Below, one piece after another: positions 8,285 to 15,475 of a DNA stretch of 23,541 nt. A program made the translations under genes and the position numbers. Below the pieces are notes generated by a model, which did not search any database, was not told where the DNA came from, and was given only the letters and a program-made list of their open reading frames with translations. Positions within the stretch are counted from its first letter, which is position 1; every line of letters begins with the position of its first letter. The DNA is from an uncultured Candidatus Saccharibacteria bacterium (GTDB taxonomy: Bacteria; Patescibacteriota; Minisyncoccia; Phycocordibacterales; CAYZCN01). The stretch lies in the NCBI GenBank assembly GCA_964476975.1, contig CAYZCN010000005.1:1-23541 (forward strand), given 5' to 3'.

Positions 8285-8947
8285 GTGAACACTGAAACTC
8301 TAGAGAGTTACACTTACAAACTTACCAATTCACTCGGTATTCGTCCGTGTGTTCCTAAAGATAGACTTCGCGAACTCTACGACAAAAAGGATTTTATCGT
8401 AATGATGCGATATATCCAAAAAACAATGGAGTTGGAAGACCTCGAAGTGCTTATTGAGTTGGTTGACGGAAGTGACGATTCTGATCCTGACCCTGCGGTG
8501 GCGCAAATATTTTATGCCCGTTATCTCCCTCCATATGGGAGTCGCGAGTTTCGCAACTCATCCGTCCTCGTGCATTTAGAAAAAAAATTTCTACGATACG
8601 CATCTTTTGAAAGTATTGTTGCCACTATGGCACACGAGCTTTCTCACGCTATTCTATTTTCTACTGGTAATGAGTTACAAAAGAGCGAAGAAGCGACAGA
8701 CATTACCGCTATGGTGCTTGGATACCGAGACTTTTTTAAACAAAAAAGTTGGTATGTTGAGCCAGTGACCACTGTCAAATACAGTCCGGAAGGTGGGATA
8801 TTGACACGGATGTGTAAGAAAATGCTGAACGCACTTGATCATTTTTTGAAATTACGAATATGTAATCCTGGCTATCTAAAGAAAAAAGAGATTAGATTTG
8901 TTGCAAAAATAATTGACGAAATCGTCAAAAATAAAAATCGGGACTAA
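8285..8947 (+). CDS. Hypothetical protein with HExxH zincin-like metallopeptidase motif (HELSH), GTG start
   Basis: 220-aa ORF starting at GTG 8285, with GGAAG RBS 6 nt upstream (8272-8276). Motif …IVATMAHELSHAILFSTGNE… resembles the HExxH helix of ImmA/IrrE (DUF955)-like or SprT/WLM-like minimal zincins. The acidic stretch DGSDDSDPDP is low complexity. No partner HTH gene is adjacent. Family assignment is tentative. Confidence 0.5.
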   Translation: MNTETLESYTYKLTNSLGIRPCVPKDRLRELYDKKDFIVMMRYIQKTMELEDLEVLIELVDGSDDSDPDPAVAQIFYARYLPPYGSREFRNSSVLVHLEKKFLRYASFESIVATMAHELSHAILFSTGNELQKSEEATDITAMVLGYRDFFKQKSWYVEPVTTVKYSPEGGILTRMCKKMLNALDHFLKLRICNPGYLKKKEIRFVAKIIDEIVKNKNRD

Positions 8948-8962
8948 GTCCCGATTTTTTTA
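8933..8962. terminator. Bidirectional terminator hairpin (ATCGGGAC-TAA-GTCCCGAT + T7) shared by the convergent HExxH gene and corC
   Basis: 8-bp stem whose 3-nt loop TAA (8945-8947) is the stop codon of the + strand gene. The following T-run contains the TAA stop (8962..8960) of the - strand corC gene. A-rich on the 5' side and T-rich on the 3' side, so it is suited to both directions. Confidence 0.7.
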
Positions 8963-9949
8963 TTTTTTCTTTTTTGCATATTTTCTTAAATCGACATGTT
9001 TGTCATCCTCATCAACAATCTCGGTTTTGATAATCTCTTCTAAAATATCTTCAAGCGTAATCACGCCAACCATACCTCCAAGTTCATTTTTTACCACAAA
9101 CAAATGGTGGTGCGTGCGAATAAATGTATTGAATGCGTCGTCAAGTCGTTTATCTTCCTTAACAAAAAACACCTTTTTATCAGCAACGACGCCAACAGTT
9201 TTGTTCATATTGTCTTCACCGAGAAGTTGCGAGGTATAAAGTGTACCGACAACGTTATCAGGTGTTCCTTGATAAATTGGCGTGCGTGAGTGACCTGAAT
9301 TTCTAAACGTGTCTAAAAATTCTTTGTCTATTTTCTGCGATGACTCAAACATGGTTACCACACTTCTTGGTGTCATCACATCTTTTACATACTTATCAGA
9401 AAATGTGAGCGCCCCTTTAATAATGCGCTCTTCGTCGGCATCTATATCACTCTCGTCAGCATCCTCGTGCTCTTCAACTATCTTTACGAGCTCACGTTTA
9501 GAATAAATCGTCGCCAACTCTTTACCAAGTGTTTTATTTAACACCCATGCTATTGGCCATGAAATCGGATAAAAAATAAAAATAAACATCCTCACGAGCC
9601 ATGTCATTTTTGCTCCCAATGAAAGTGCGTGTCGTGAAAAAATTGCCTGTGGAATAATTTCTCCAAGAATAACGATGAGACCTGTCGCGACAAGTCCTGC
9701 CATAATACCAGAAGCAATAGAACCAAGAAAAATAGCGAGTGTGGAGTTTATGGCTACATTTCCCACAAGAAGTGTGGTGAGCAACAAGTTTCCACGTCTA
9801 CGTATCGCATACACCTTCTTGGCGTCTTTGTTACCTAAAGACATTTTTCTCTTAAGTCCGAGCGCATTGAGGCTCATAAGACCGAGTGTGAGGCCAGAAA
9901 ACAAGGCGGAGAATAGTAGAAGGACGGCGACAACTAAATAGTCAATCAT
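8960..9949 (-). CDS. corC: CNNM/CorC-family transporter (DUF21 transmembrane domain + CBS pair + CorC_HlyC C-terminal domain)
   Basis: 329 aa. N-terminal DUF21-like TM region (MIDYLVVAVLLLFSALFSGLTLGLMSLN…EIIPQAI). Central CBS-pair hallmarks (VKDVMTPRSVVTMFES…, GHSRTPIY…NVVGTLY). C-terminal …GGMVGVITLEDILEEIIKTEIVDE matches the CorC/HlyC transporter-associated domain. Confidence 0.85.
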   Translation of the reverse strand: MIDYLVVAVLLLFSALFSGLTLGLMSLNALGLKRKMSLGNKDAKKVYAIRRRGNLLLTTLLVGNVAINSTLAIFLGSIASGIMAGLVATGLIVILGEIIPQAIFSRHALSLGAKMTWLVRMFIFIFYPISWPIAWVLNKTLGKELATIYSKRELVKIVEEHEDADESDIDADEERIIKGALTFSDKYVKDVMTPRSVVTMFESSQKIDKEFLDTFRNSGHSRTPIYQGTPDNVVGTLYTSQLLGEDNMNKTVGVVADKKVFFVKEDKRLDDAFNTFIRTHHHLFVVKNELGGMVGVITLEDILEEIIKTEIVDEDDKHVDLRKYAKKKK

Positions 9950-9990
9950 TATGTTTTTATTATAACGTAATTTTTGTTTTTATTAAAATT

Positions 9991-10434
9991 CTATTTTTTT
10001 ACAAAAATCTTATTACCTTTAGTCCACGCTCTGTAAACATTGCGAGTACGGTAAATATACGGCACATACTTACTGATTGATTTATCAAAAACAACCCCGA
10101 TAATAAATAGCTTACTTTCTTTTTTAGAATACACAAAAAATAAATTTGATAATCCGTTAGCCTGCAAGACTTGATTCTCTACAAGAAACTTAATTTGTTG
10201 TGGACTAAGTGTGTGGTTGGTGATTATTTTTTTCTCGCCACCAAAACTTTCAATCAATTCCTGATTGTCTTTATGTATTTCAAGATAATTTTCTTCAACA
10301 TCAACTTCAGCTGTATCATTCTGCTCTTGCTGAAGCCAAGATTCTAAATTTGAATCTATTGCGCCAAACAAACCATCTTTTGTTTCAACAAAGATTTCGT
10401 TTAATTTTGATGCTGGTAATTTTGGAATTTTCAT
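9991..10434 (-). CDS. Hypothetical protein (147 aa), no recognisable family
   Basis: Complete ORF starting 10 nt downstream of the tRNA-Ser 3' end on the same strand. Mixed-charge N-terminal half and hydrophobic/aromatic C-terminal half (…FFVYSKKESKLFIIGVVFDKSISKYVPYIYRTRNVYRAW…). Coding status is supported only by ORF length in an AT-rich genome. Confidence 0.4.
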   Translation of the reverse strand: MKIPKLPASKLNEIFVETKDGLFGAIDSNLESWLQQEQNDTAEVDVEENYLEIHKDNQELIESFGGEKKIITNHTLSPQQIKFLVENQVLQANGLSNLFFVYSKKESKLFIIGVVFDKSISKYVPYIYRTRNVYRAWTKGNKIFVKK

Positions 10435-10443
10435 TTTTGTATA

Positions 10444-10530
10444 CGGAGGGTAAGAGATTCGAACTCTTGAAGAGGTTGCCCCCTTACCGCCTTTCCAAGG
10501 CGGCGCACTAGACCACTATGCGAACCCTCC
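10444..10530 (-). tRNA. tRNA-Ser (anticodon GGA), type II with long variable arm
   Basis: Folded manually from the - strand sequence GGAGGGTTCGCATAGTGGTCTAGTGCGCCGCCTTGGAAAGGCGGTAAGGGGGCAACCTCTTCAAGAGTTCGAATCTCTTACCCTCCG. It has a 7-bp acceptor stem (GGAGGGT/ACCCTCC) and a 4-bp D-stem with a GG-containing D-loop. The anticodon stem is CCGCC/GGCGG with loop TTGGAAA (U33, anticodon GGA, A37). There is a long variable arm and a T-arm AAGAG-TTCGAAT-CTCTT. Discriminator is G; CCA is not encoded. Confidence 0.85.
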
Positions 10531-10590
10531 CTCTATATAATTCAGTATACGACAAAAGTAACACAGAACAACTCATTGAACATCACACAC

Positions 10591-10610
10591 TACTCCAGTA
10601 TACTGGAGTA
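10591..10610. promoter_or_regulatory. Perfect 20-bp palindrome TACTCCAGTATACTGGAGTA (core CAGTATACTG)
   Basis: Exact inverted repeat in the 138-bp gap between htpX (3' end) and tRNA-Ser. A partial core copy TTCAGTATACGA lies 40 bp away (10541-10553). The same core recurs in the palindrome at 15445-15466. Confidence 0.5.
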
Positions 10611-10667
10611 CTTTATATTTTTGGTTATTTTATCTTTTGGTTACTATTTATTTACTAAAATATAGTA

Positions 10668-11567
10668 TCAAACACCGCGCAATGCTTTGATGCGCTCCTC
10701 TGCAGGAGGGTGTGTCAAAAACATTTTATTTAATCCAGAAAATGCTTTTTTACCTCCACCAAACGGACTGGAAATAAAAAGATGTGCGGTAGCGTGATTT
10801 GCTTTCTTCATCGGTGTTTTATGATTATTTATTTTCTCAAGTGCCGACGCCAATCCTTCTGGATACCGAGTCAAAAGTGCGCCAGAGGCATCAGCGAGAA
10901 ACTCTCTTTTGCGTGATATTGCAAGCTGAATAAGCATTGCGACGATAGGTGCGAGGATGGCGAGTGCAATACCAACCAACATCATAATCAAACGTAGCTT
11001 ACCGTCTCCACCCCTATCTCCACCGCCATGCCCCCAAAACGTCATTCGTAGGAAAAAGTCAGACAAAAGTGTGACGAAACCAACAAGTACCACAACCATA
11101 GTTGACACAAGCATGTCTCTATTTCCAATATGAGAAAGTTCGTGTGCTATTACTCCGTCTAACTCATTTCTATCCAGGAGTGTAAGGAGTCCTGTTGTTA
11201 CTGCAACAACAGCGTGTTCTTTATTACGTCCTGTCGCAAAAGCATTTGGTGCAGATTCTTCAATGATGTAGAGCTTCGGCATAGGAAGTCCTGCAGTAAT
11301 GGAAAGATTTTCAACGCTGTTCCATAAATCACGATGTTCGTCTCGTGTAACAAGGCGCGCACCCGACATACGAAGTACAATCTTGTCAGAATACCAAAAA
11401 CTCGCAACGTTCATACCAACACTAAAAACAACTGCAACAAGTAGGATTACCGGACTATTGAGATACCATGCAAATGTCCACCCAAGACCAATGACCACCA
11501 ACAAAAACACGATCATTAGAAACCATGTTTTTCTTGTATTAGAATCTTGATGACTGTAAATATTCAT
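10668..11567 (-). CDS. htpX: Zinc metalloprotease HtpX (peptidase M48 family)
   Basis: 299 aa. Two N-terminal TM helices, the HELSHIGNRD zinc-binding motif, two further C-terminal TM segments and a downstream conserved Glu (…ISRKREFLADA…). Length and topology are typical of HtpX. Confidence 0.9.
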   Translation of the reverse strand: MNIYSHQDSNTRKTWFLMIVFLLVVIGLGWTFAWYLNSPVILLVAVVFSVGMNVASFWYSDKIVLRMSGARLVTRDEHRDLWNSVENLSITAGLPMPKLYIIEESAPNAFATGRNKEHAVVAVTTGLLTLLDRNELDGVIAHELSHIGNRDMLVSTMVVVLVGFVTLLSDFFLRMTFWGHGGGDRGGDGKLRLIMMLVGIALAILAPIVAMLIQLAISRKREFLADASGALLTRYPEGLASALEKINNHKTPMKKANHATAHLFISSPFGGGKKAFSGLNKMFLTHPPAEERIKALRGV

Positions 11568-11579
11568 GGCTTTTAGGTT

Positions 11580-11955
11580 TTAGGTGTCAGGTTTTAGTGA
11601 GTTAATCATACCCGAAAGCATTTTATGTTCTGACTCTATAAGTTCCAGCACATTAAACAAATCGGTATCTGGATATAATGACTTCGTAAGTAATAATTGA
11701 GTTTCAAGTTCTGAAAGCGAGCCCTTGGTAATATGAAGAAATTGAGTAAAATCTTTTTTTTGTTTTTCAGCTTCGCCCTTCTGCAATATTTGAAGGAATA
11801 GAAACGGCACTTCTTCTCATTTGAGATATAAGACCGTCCAGCTCCTCTTTAGGAATCTGTTTTGTTATCATATAAACAATTTTTACAATCTCAAAACCGG
11901 TCTGCTATATCTTGAGATCTTTATAAAAACGAATCTGTTTACTTTCAACATCCAT
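11580..11955 (-). pseudogene. Disrupted four-helix-bundle protein gene of the 23S rRNA-intervening-sequence (IVS) protein family (PF05635-like): in-frame TAG plus a 1-nt frameshift
   Basis: Three collinear reading-frame pieces on the - strand together reconstruct the family consensus. Piece 1 is MDVESKQIRFYKDLKI followed by a TAG where the family has the conserved Trp of KDLKVWQ. Piece 2 is QTGFEIVKIVYMITKQIPKEELDGLISQMRRSAVSIPSNIAEGRS followed by TGA. Piece 3, in the +1 frame, is EKQKKDFTQFLHITKGSLSELETQLLLTKSLYPDTD…. Together these match …FKDLKVWQKA..L..EIYKLT..FPKEE.YGL.SQ.RRAAVSIPSNIAEG..R.SKKEF..FL.IAKGSLAELETQL. The shift lies in an A-rich tract (GCTGAAAAACAAAAAAAAGA). Confidence 0.55.
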
Positions 11956-11972
11956 AAACTAAAAGCTAACAC

Positions 11973-12551
11973 CTAAAAGCTCACCTTGACGGGTTCTTTG
12001 GCGACCTCTTCCTCAAGCTCAAAAAATTCTCGTTTAGTAAATTTAAAGAGATTGCCGATTATGTTTTGCGGAAATGATTCAAGTCCTATATTTAGATCGC
12101 GTACATTTGTGTTGTAGAAACGTCGTGCGGCTTGAATTTTATTTTCCGTATCAGAAAGCTCATTTTGCAAATCCAAAAAGTTTTGGTTTGCTTTTAAGTC
12201 AGGATAATTTTCAGATACCGCGAAAAGCGACTTAAGTGCGCCTGTCAACATATTTTCAGCTTGCCCTTTTTCCTCAATACCACCTGCTTGCATTGCTTTT
12301 GTGCGCATCTCGGTTACTTGCGCGAACGTACTTTTTTCATGTTCCGCATACCCCTTTACTGTATTTATAAGATTGGGGATAAGGTCATAACGACGCTTGA
12401 GTTGTACATCAATATCTGCCCACGCCTCTTTTGCGCGATTAACAAGGGTTACGAAACGATTGTACATATACACCGCCCACAAAACAAAAACAACTGCAAC
12501 GCCAATTAAAGTATAAAGCATAATAAAAATAAAATTATATATAATATACAA
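11973..12551 (-). CDS. lemA: LemA family protein
   Basis: 192 aa. N-terminal TM helix then …VNRAKEAWADIDVQLKRRYDLIPNLINTVKGYAEHEKSTFAQVTEMR…ENYPDLKANQNFLDLQNEL…ARRFYNTNVRDLN…, which matches the LemA consensus (ppnGTxRRxDLiPNLV…YxxHE…F…LQxELxxTENxIxxARxxYN). The start may be the internal Met at MLYTLIG. Confidence 0.88.
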   Translation of the reverse strand: MYIIYNFIFIMLYTLIGVAVVFVLWAVYMYNRFVTLVNRAKEAWADIDVQLKRRYDLIPNLINTVKGYAEHEKSTFAQVTEMRTKAMQAGGIEEKGQAENMLTGALKSLFAVSENYPDLKANQNFLDLQNELSDTENKIQAARRFYNTNVRDLNIGLESFPQNIIGNLFKFTKREFFELEEEVAKEPVKVSF

Positions 12552-12582
12552 CTATACCATACTTAACCTGCACAAACAGCAT

Positions 12583-12613
12583 AAAAATTGCCCCGCCGAC
12601 TTCGTCGGCGGGG
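12583..12613 (-). terminator. Rho-independent terminator downstream of the HAD gene (CCCCGCCGAC-GAAG-TCGGCGGGG then CAATTTTTAT on the - strand)
   Basis: 9-bp GC-rich stem followed on the - strand by a T5 run, 11 nt after the HAD stop. It separates the HAD gene from lemA. A T6 run also follows it on the + strand. Confidence 0.7.
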
Positions 12614-12623
12614 CTCCGCTTTT

Positions 12624-13250
12624 TTAATCTGCAAGAAAATGTAAATCGCGTAATCGTGTCACAGCAAGCCATGGACGCTCTGCAACAATATTCTCTCTTG
12701 GAATGTACTCATTCAAAAACGCAACAGGACTTACTTTTGCACTGCGTGCATGTCGTATATCTGAAGGTGAGTCACCGATATAGTAGGACCGACTTTCATC
12801 CATACCTACTTCTGCAGCAATCTCCTTAATAACTGCTGATTTATCAATCACATGAAAACGATACTCAGTAAAGAAATCAAGTAACTCAAACCTTTCAAGA
12901 AGAGGTATCACAAGATCCGACAAATTTGCAGTTACAAGATGCACTTCATGTTTTCCGGAACGTGTCAGCGCTTTAAGAAGTTCTCGAGCACCATCCACCA
13001 ACACGACATCGTCCATTAGTTCGGTATATCGTTTACGGAAAACAGCATTGAGCGCATCTCTGGTTTCGTCAATTCCATGATTTAAATATATATTTCTATA
13101 TTCTCCAGTAGCACATAATCCGCCACAAAACTCTTCCATCGTGAGTGGTGTTTTGCCGAAATGTTCAAATACCGCGCACGCAGACTCATGTATCTGCACC
13201 CAATCATCAGTAAGTGTCCCATTCCAGTCAAAAATAAACGCCTTTTTCAT
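12624..13250 (-). CDS. HAD-superfamily hydrolase (subfamily IA phosphatase-like)
   Basis: Start chosen at ATG 13250 (MKKAFIFDWNGTLTDD…) because AAGGAG lies 7 nt upstream; the track ORF begins further upstream at 13322. Motif I FDWNGTL (DxDGT variant), a later …VHLVTAN… (motif II-like S/T) and …YYIGDSPSDIRHA… (motif IV GDxxxD) fit HAD phosphatases. Confidence 0.75.
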   Translation of the reverse strand: MKKAFIFDWNGTLTDDWVQIHESACAVFEHFGKTPLTMEEFCGGLCATGEYRNIYLNHGIDETRDALNAVFRKRYTELMDDVVLVDGARELLKALTRSGKHEVHLVTANLSDLVIPLLERFELLDFFTEYRFHVIDKSAVIKEIAAEVGMDESRSYYIGDSPSDIRHARSAKVSPVAFLNEYIPRENIVAERPWLAVTRLRDLHFLAD

Positions 13251-13445
13251 CCACATTCTCCTTTTGTGAAACTTCTTTAAGAATAGTATTCTCCTTACAA
13301 TATAGCAGAAAAAGTGCCTCAAAAAACTTGACAGAGATATACAGATACGTTAGCGTTATCTCGGATCTTGGGAACGTTCTGTTTCCAAGGCAATAGTACT
13401 TTCAAAATCAAAACTGAAAGTAAACAACAAGAAAAGGAAGAAAAA

Positions 13446-15284
13446 ATGGGTTTACTCATACTCGCAACGATATGTATCTTGGTTGCAATTTTTACGCCAC
13501 GATTCATACCCGAACGACTGGGAAGGGGTGTACGGAACCTTGTCAGATCAGTGGCGACACTCGCCGCAATGGCCCTCATAGCAATGACGTCTTACGTCAA
13601 TGTTGGACAAAATCAGACAGGTCACTTGCACAAGATTTATCTTGGCACAGGGCTTACCGGAGGTGACATCATTGCCACCAACGGAGAGCGTGGTCCACAG
13701 GCAAAAGTTATGTCGCCTGGATTCAAGTTCAGTCCGTTTATTCGGATTATAAACACGGTTACTATGGCAGAAGTCGTTACTATTCCTGAAGGGCAATACG
13801 GATATTTGGTTGCGCGTGATGGAGCGCCACTTCGTGCAGACCAAACGTACGCTGATGCGTTTAGTGCAGAAGATGCTGACCGTATGATAAGCGACGCGGC
13901 ATACTTCCTCAACAATGGTGGGCAAAAAGGACCACAGACAACGGTTCTGACACCGGGGAAATACCGTCTCAATATGTTTCTTTGGAAAGTTGAAAAGGTT
14001 CGGGCTACAGAAATTAAAGCTGGTTTTGTTGGGGTAATTAAATCCAACGCGCTTTCACAAGTCAACTTCGGCAACCTACGTACAGACGTTCCTTCGGACT
14101 GTTCGCCAACAATGGAGAGTAGTCCTGACGGTGGTGCACTCGCAGTACCGCTCGTACCTGTGGGATGTATCGGTGTTTGGGACAAAGCACTCAACCCTGG
14201 TAAGTATTATATCAACACGAGTGTATTCTCGGTTACCATGGTTGATACCCGTGTCCAAAAATGGTCGTACAAAGGCGGTTACAAAAAACGCGTAATCGAC
14301 CTCACGGTCAGCCAAGAAGGCGACATCATTCAGACCGAATCTTCGTCTGATATTAGTGTTCCCAAAGAAGCAATCGGAAACGCCATTACGGTAAAAATTG
14401 AAGGCTGGGACGTTCCACTTGAGCTTCGTGTTCTTGTGCAAGTTACGCCTGAAAATGCGCCATTTGTGGTTGCGTCTGTTGGTGGTTTAGAGCAAGTTGA
14501 AGAACGTGTTTTGACTCCAGCAATTCGCTCAATCGTGCGAAATGTTGCAGGGAGCAGTATTAACCTTCCGACAGCAGTACTGGACAACGACGGTGAGCCC
14601 GTCTTGGACGAAACCGGAACTCCTGAAACGATAACGGTACGGCGTCCAACGCGTGTACTTGACCTTATCGGTAGTCGTTCTGCCCTTGAAAGCAATGTGG
14701 AAATGCTGATGCGTCCTGAAGGTAAAAAAGCAGGTGTTATCATTAAAGAGGTTCGCTTCGGTGAGCCGGTGATTCCGCCAGAGCTTTTGGTTGCTCGTCA
14801 ACGTGAACAGCTTGCAACACAGTTGCAGAAAGCATACAAACAAGAGCGCACTGCTCAAGAAGCTCGTATTGCTACCGAGCAAGCGCGCGCAACTGCCGAC
14901 ATGCAGCCACGTCTTGTTGAGGCCGAGATTGAAGTGCGTCGGTCTGAACAGTTTGCCATCGCTCGTTTGAACGAAGGGCAAGGCGAAAAAGACAAGCTTG
15001 TACGTATTGCCGAAGGTCAAGCTGCACAAGTTGCTGTTCTCGGTGAAGAACGTGTTGTTGAACTTCGGAAGTTTGAGCTCGTGACAGGGCGTATTATGAC
15101 GTTCTTGGAAGATAATCCGAACGTCTTGATGACGGCTCTCTCTAATGCACAAAAATTTGTGCCCGAGCGGTTCTTTGCGATGGGTAGTGGTGGCTCAAAC
15201 GACTTGAGTGCAGCTGCCGCAATACTGGGAGACTTCTTAAGTCGTCCAGCAAACAACCTAACTCCTCAATCACAAGTGGAGTAA
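13446..15284 (+). CDS. Flotillin/YqiK-like SPFH (band 7) domain membrane protein with long C-terminal coiled coil
   Basis: Start chosen at ATG 13446 (MGLLILATICILVAIF…) with a GGAAG RBS; the track ORF starts earlier at 13368. N-terminal TM anchor, SPFH-like region (…GHLHKIYLGTGLTGGDIIATNGERGPQAKVMSPGFKFSPFIRIINTVTMAEVVTIPEGQYGYLVARDG…). C-terminal E/A/Q/R-rich heptad region (…EQLATQLQKAYKQERTAQEARIATEQARATAD…AEIEVRRSEQFAIARLNEGQ…) and terminal …FFAMGSGGSN resemble E. coli YqiK and flotillin-family proteins. Confidence 0.7.
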   Translation: MGLLILATICILVAIFTPRFIPERLGRGVRNLVRSVATLAAMALIAMTSYVNVGQNQTGHLHKIYLGTGLTGGDIIATNGERGPQAKVMSPGFKFSPFIRIINTVTMAEVVTIPEGQYGYLVARDGAPLRADQTYADAFSAEDADRMISDAAYFLNNGGQKGPQTTVLTPGKYRLNMFLWKVEKVRATEIKAGFVGVIKSNALSQVNFGNLRTDVPSDCSPTMESSPDGGALAVPLVPVGCIGVWDKALNPGKYYINTSVFSVTMVDTRVQKWSYKGGYKKRVIDLTVSQEGDIIQTESSSDISVPKEAIGNAITVKIEGWDVPLELRVLVQVTPENAPFVVASVGGLEQVEERVLTPAIRSIVRNVAGSSINLPTAVLDNDGEPVLDETGTPETITVRRPTRVLDLIGSRSALESNVEMLMRPEGKKAGVIIKEVRFGEPVIPPELLVARQREQLATQLQKAYKQERTAQEARIATEQARATADMQPRLVEAEIEVRRSEQFAIARLNEGQGEKDKLVRIAEGQAAQVAVLGEERVVELRKFELVTGRIMTFLEDNPNVLMTALSNAQKFVPERFFAMGSGGSNDLSAAAAILGDFLSRPANNLTPQSQVE

Positions 15285-15297
15285 TTTAAAAAAATAC

Positions 15298-15330
15298 AAA
15301 GCGCGTACCATTTGGTACGCGCTTTTTTTA
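15298..15330 (+). terminator. Rho-independent terminator of the flotillin-like gene (GCGCGTACC-ATTT-GGTACGCGC + T7)
   Basis: Perfect 9-bp stem and a T7 run, 14 nt after the stop. Confidence 0.8.
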
Positions 15331-15372
15331 TTTTATACTTATAATTTTATACTTATAATTTTATACTTATAA
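15331..15372. repeat. Tandem repeat, 3 x 14 bp (TTTTATACTTATAA)
   Basis: Three exact head-to-tail copies immediately after the terminator T-run. Confidence 0.85.
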
Positions 15373-15383
15373 AAAGCCCCGAA

Positions 15384-15408
15384 ACATTAAGTACCCGATA
15401 CTTAATGT
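15384..15408. other. Perfect 10-bp-stem hairpin (ACATTAAGTA-CCCGA-TACTTAATGT)
   Basis: Exact inverted repeat with a 5-nt loop in the convergent intergenic region. On the - strand it is followed 6 nt later by GGGGCTTTTT, so it could act as a backup terminator for groEL. Confidence 0.5.
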
Positions 15409-15444
15409 TGTATAGTTTTAAGGAAATCCTATGTCCTTATTTTT

Positions 15445-15466
15445 CTATGTCAGTATACTGACATAG
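15445..15466. promoter_or_regulatory. Perfect 22-bp palindrome CTATGTCAGTATACTGACATAG (core CAGTATACTG)
   Basis: Exact inverted repeat sharing its central 10 bp with the palindrome at 10591-10610. It is located 3' of groEL between two terminators. Confidence 0.5.
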
Positions 15467-15475
15467 CCGTAAACA

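Noticed and set aside
8913-9239. 108-aa + strand ORF and neighbouring small ORFs overlapping corC antisense
   Set aside because: Entirely antisense to the well-supported CorC/CNNM gene. S/T/F-rich low-complexity translation.
11580-11955. Alternative genetic code (TAG or TGA sense codon) as explanation for the interrupted IVS-like gene
   Set aside because: TGA terminates the RNR gene exactly at its conserved C-terminal tail, and TAA/TGA stops fit all other genes. Reading through the TGA in the IVS-like gene gives a non-homologous continuation, whereas the +1 frame matches the family. TAG is not a known sense codon in CPR lineages.
13548-15256. Six overlapping 79-207-aa ORFs antisense to the flotillin-like gene; possible HGT signal from locally higher GC
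   Set aside because: Sampled 60-nt windows give about 52-55% GC here, but similar values occur in groEL (about 47-50%) and rnj (about 50%) and about 38% in the transporter genes. The elevation therefore tracks conserved, highly expressed genes rather than marking a foreign island. The antisense ORFs are artefacts of that composition.
15331-15372. Possible CRISPR array
   Set aside because: The three 14-bp units are directly abutting with no spacers and are far shorter than CRISPR repeats. It is a simple tandem repeat.
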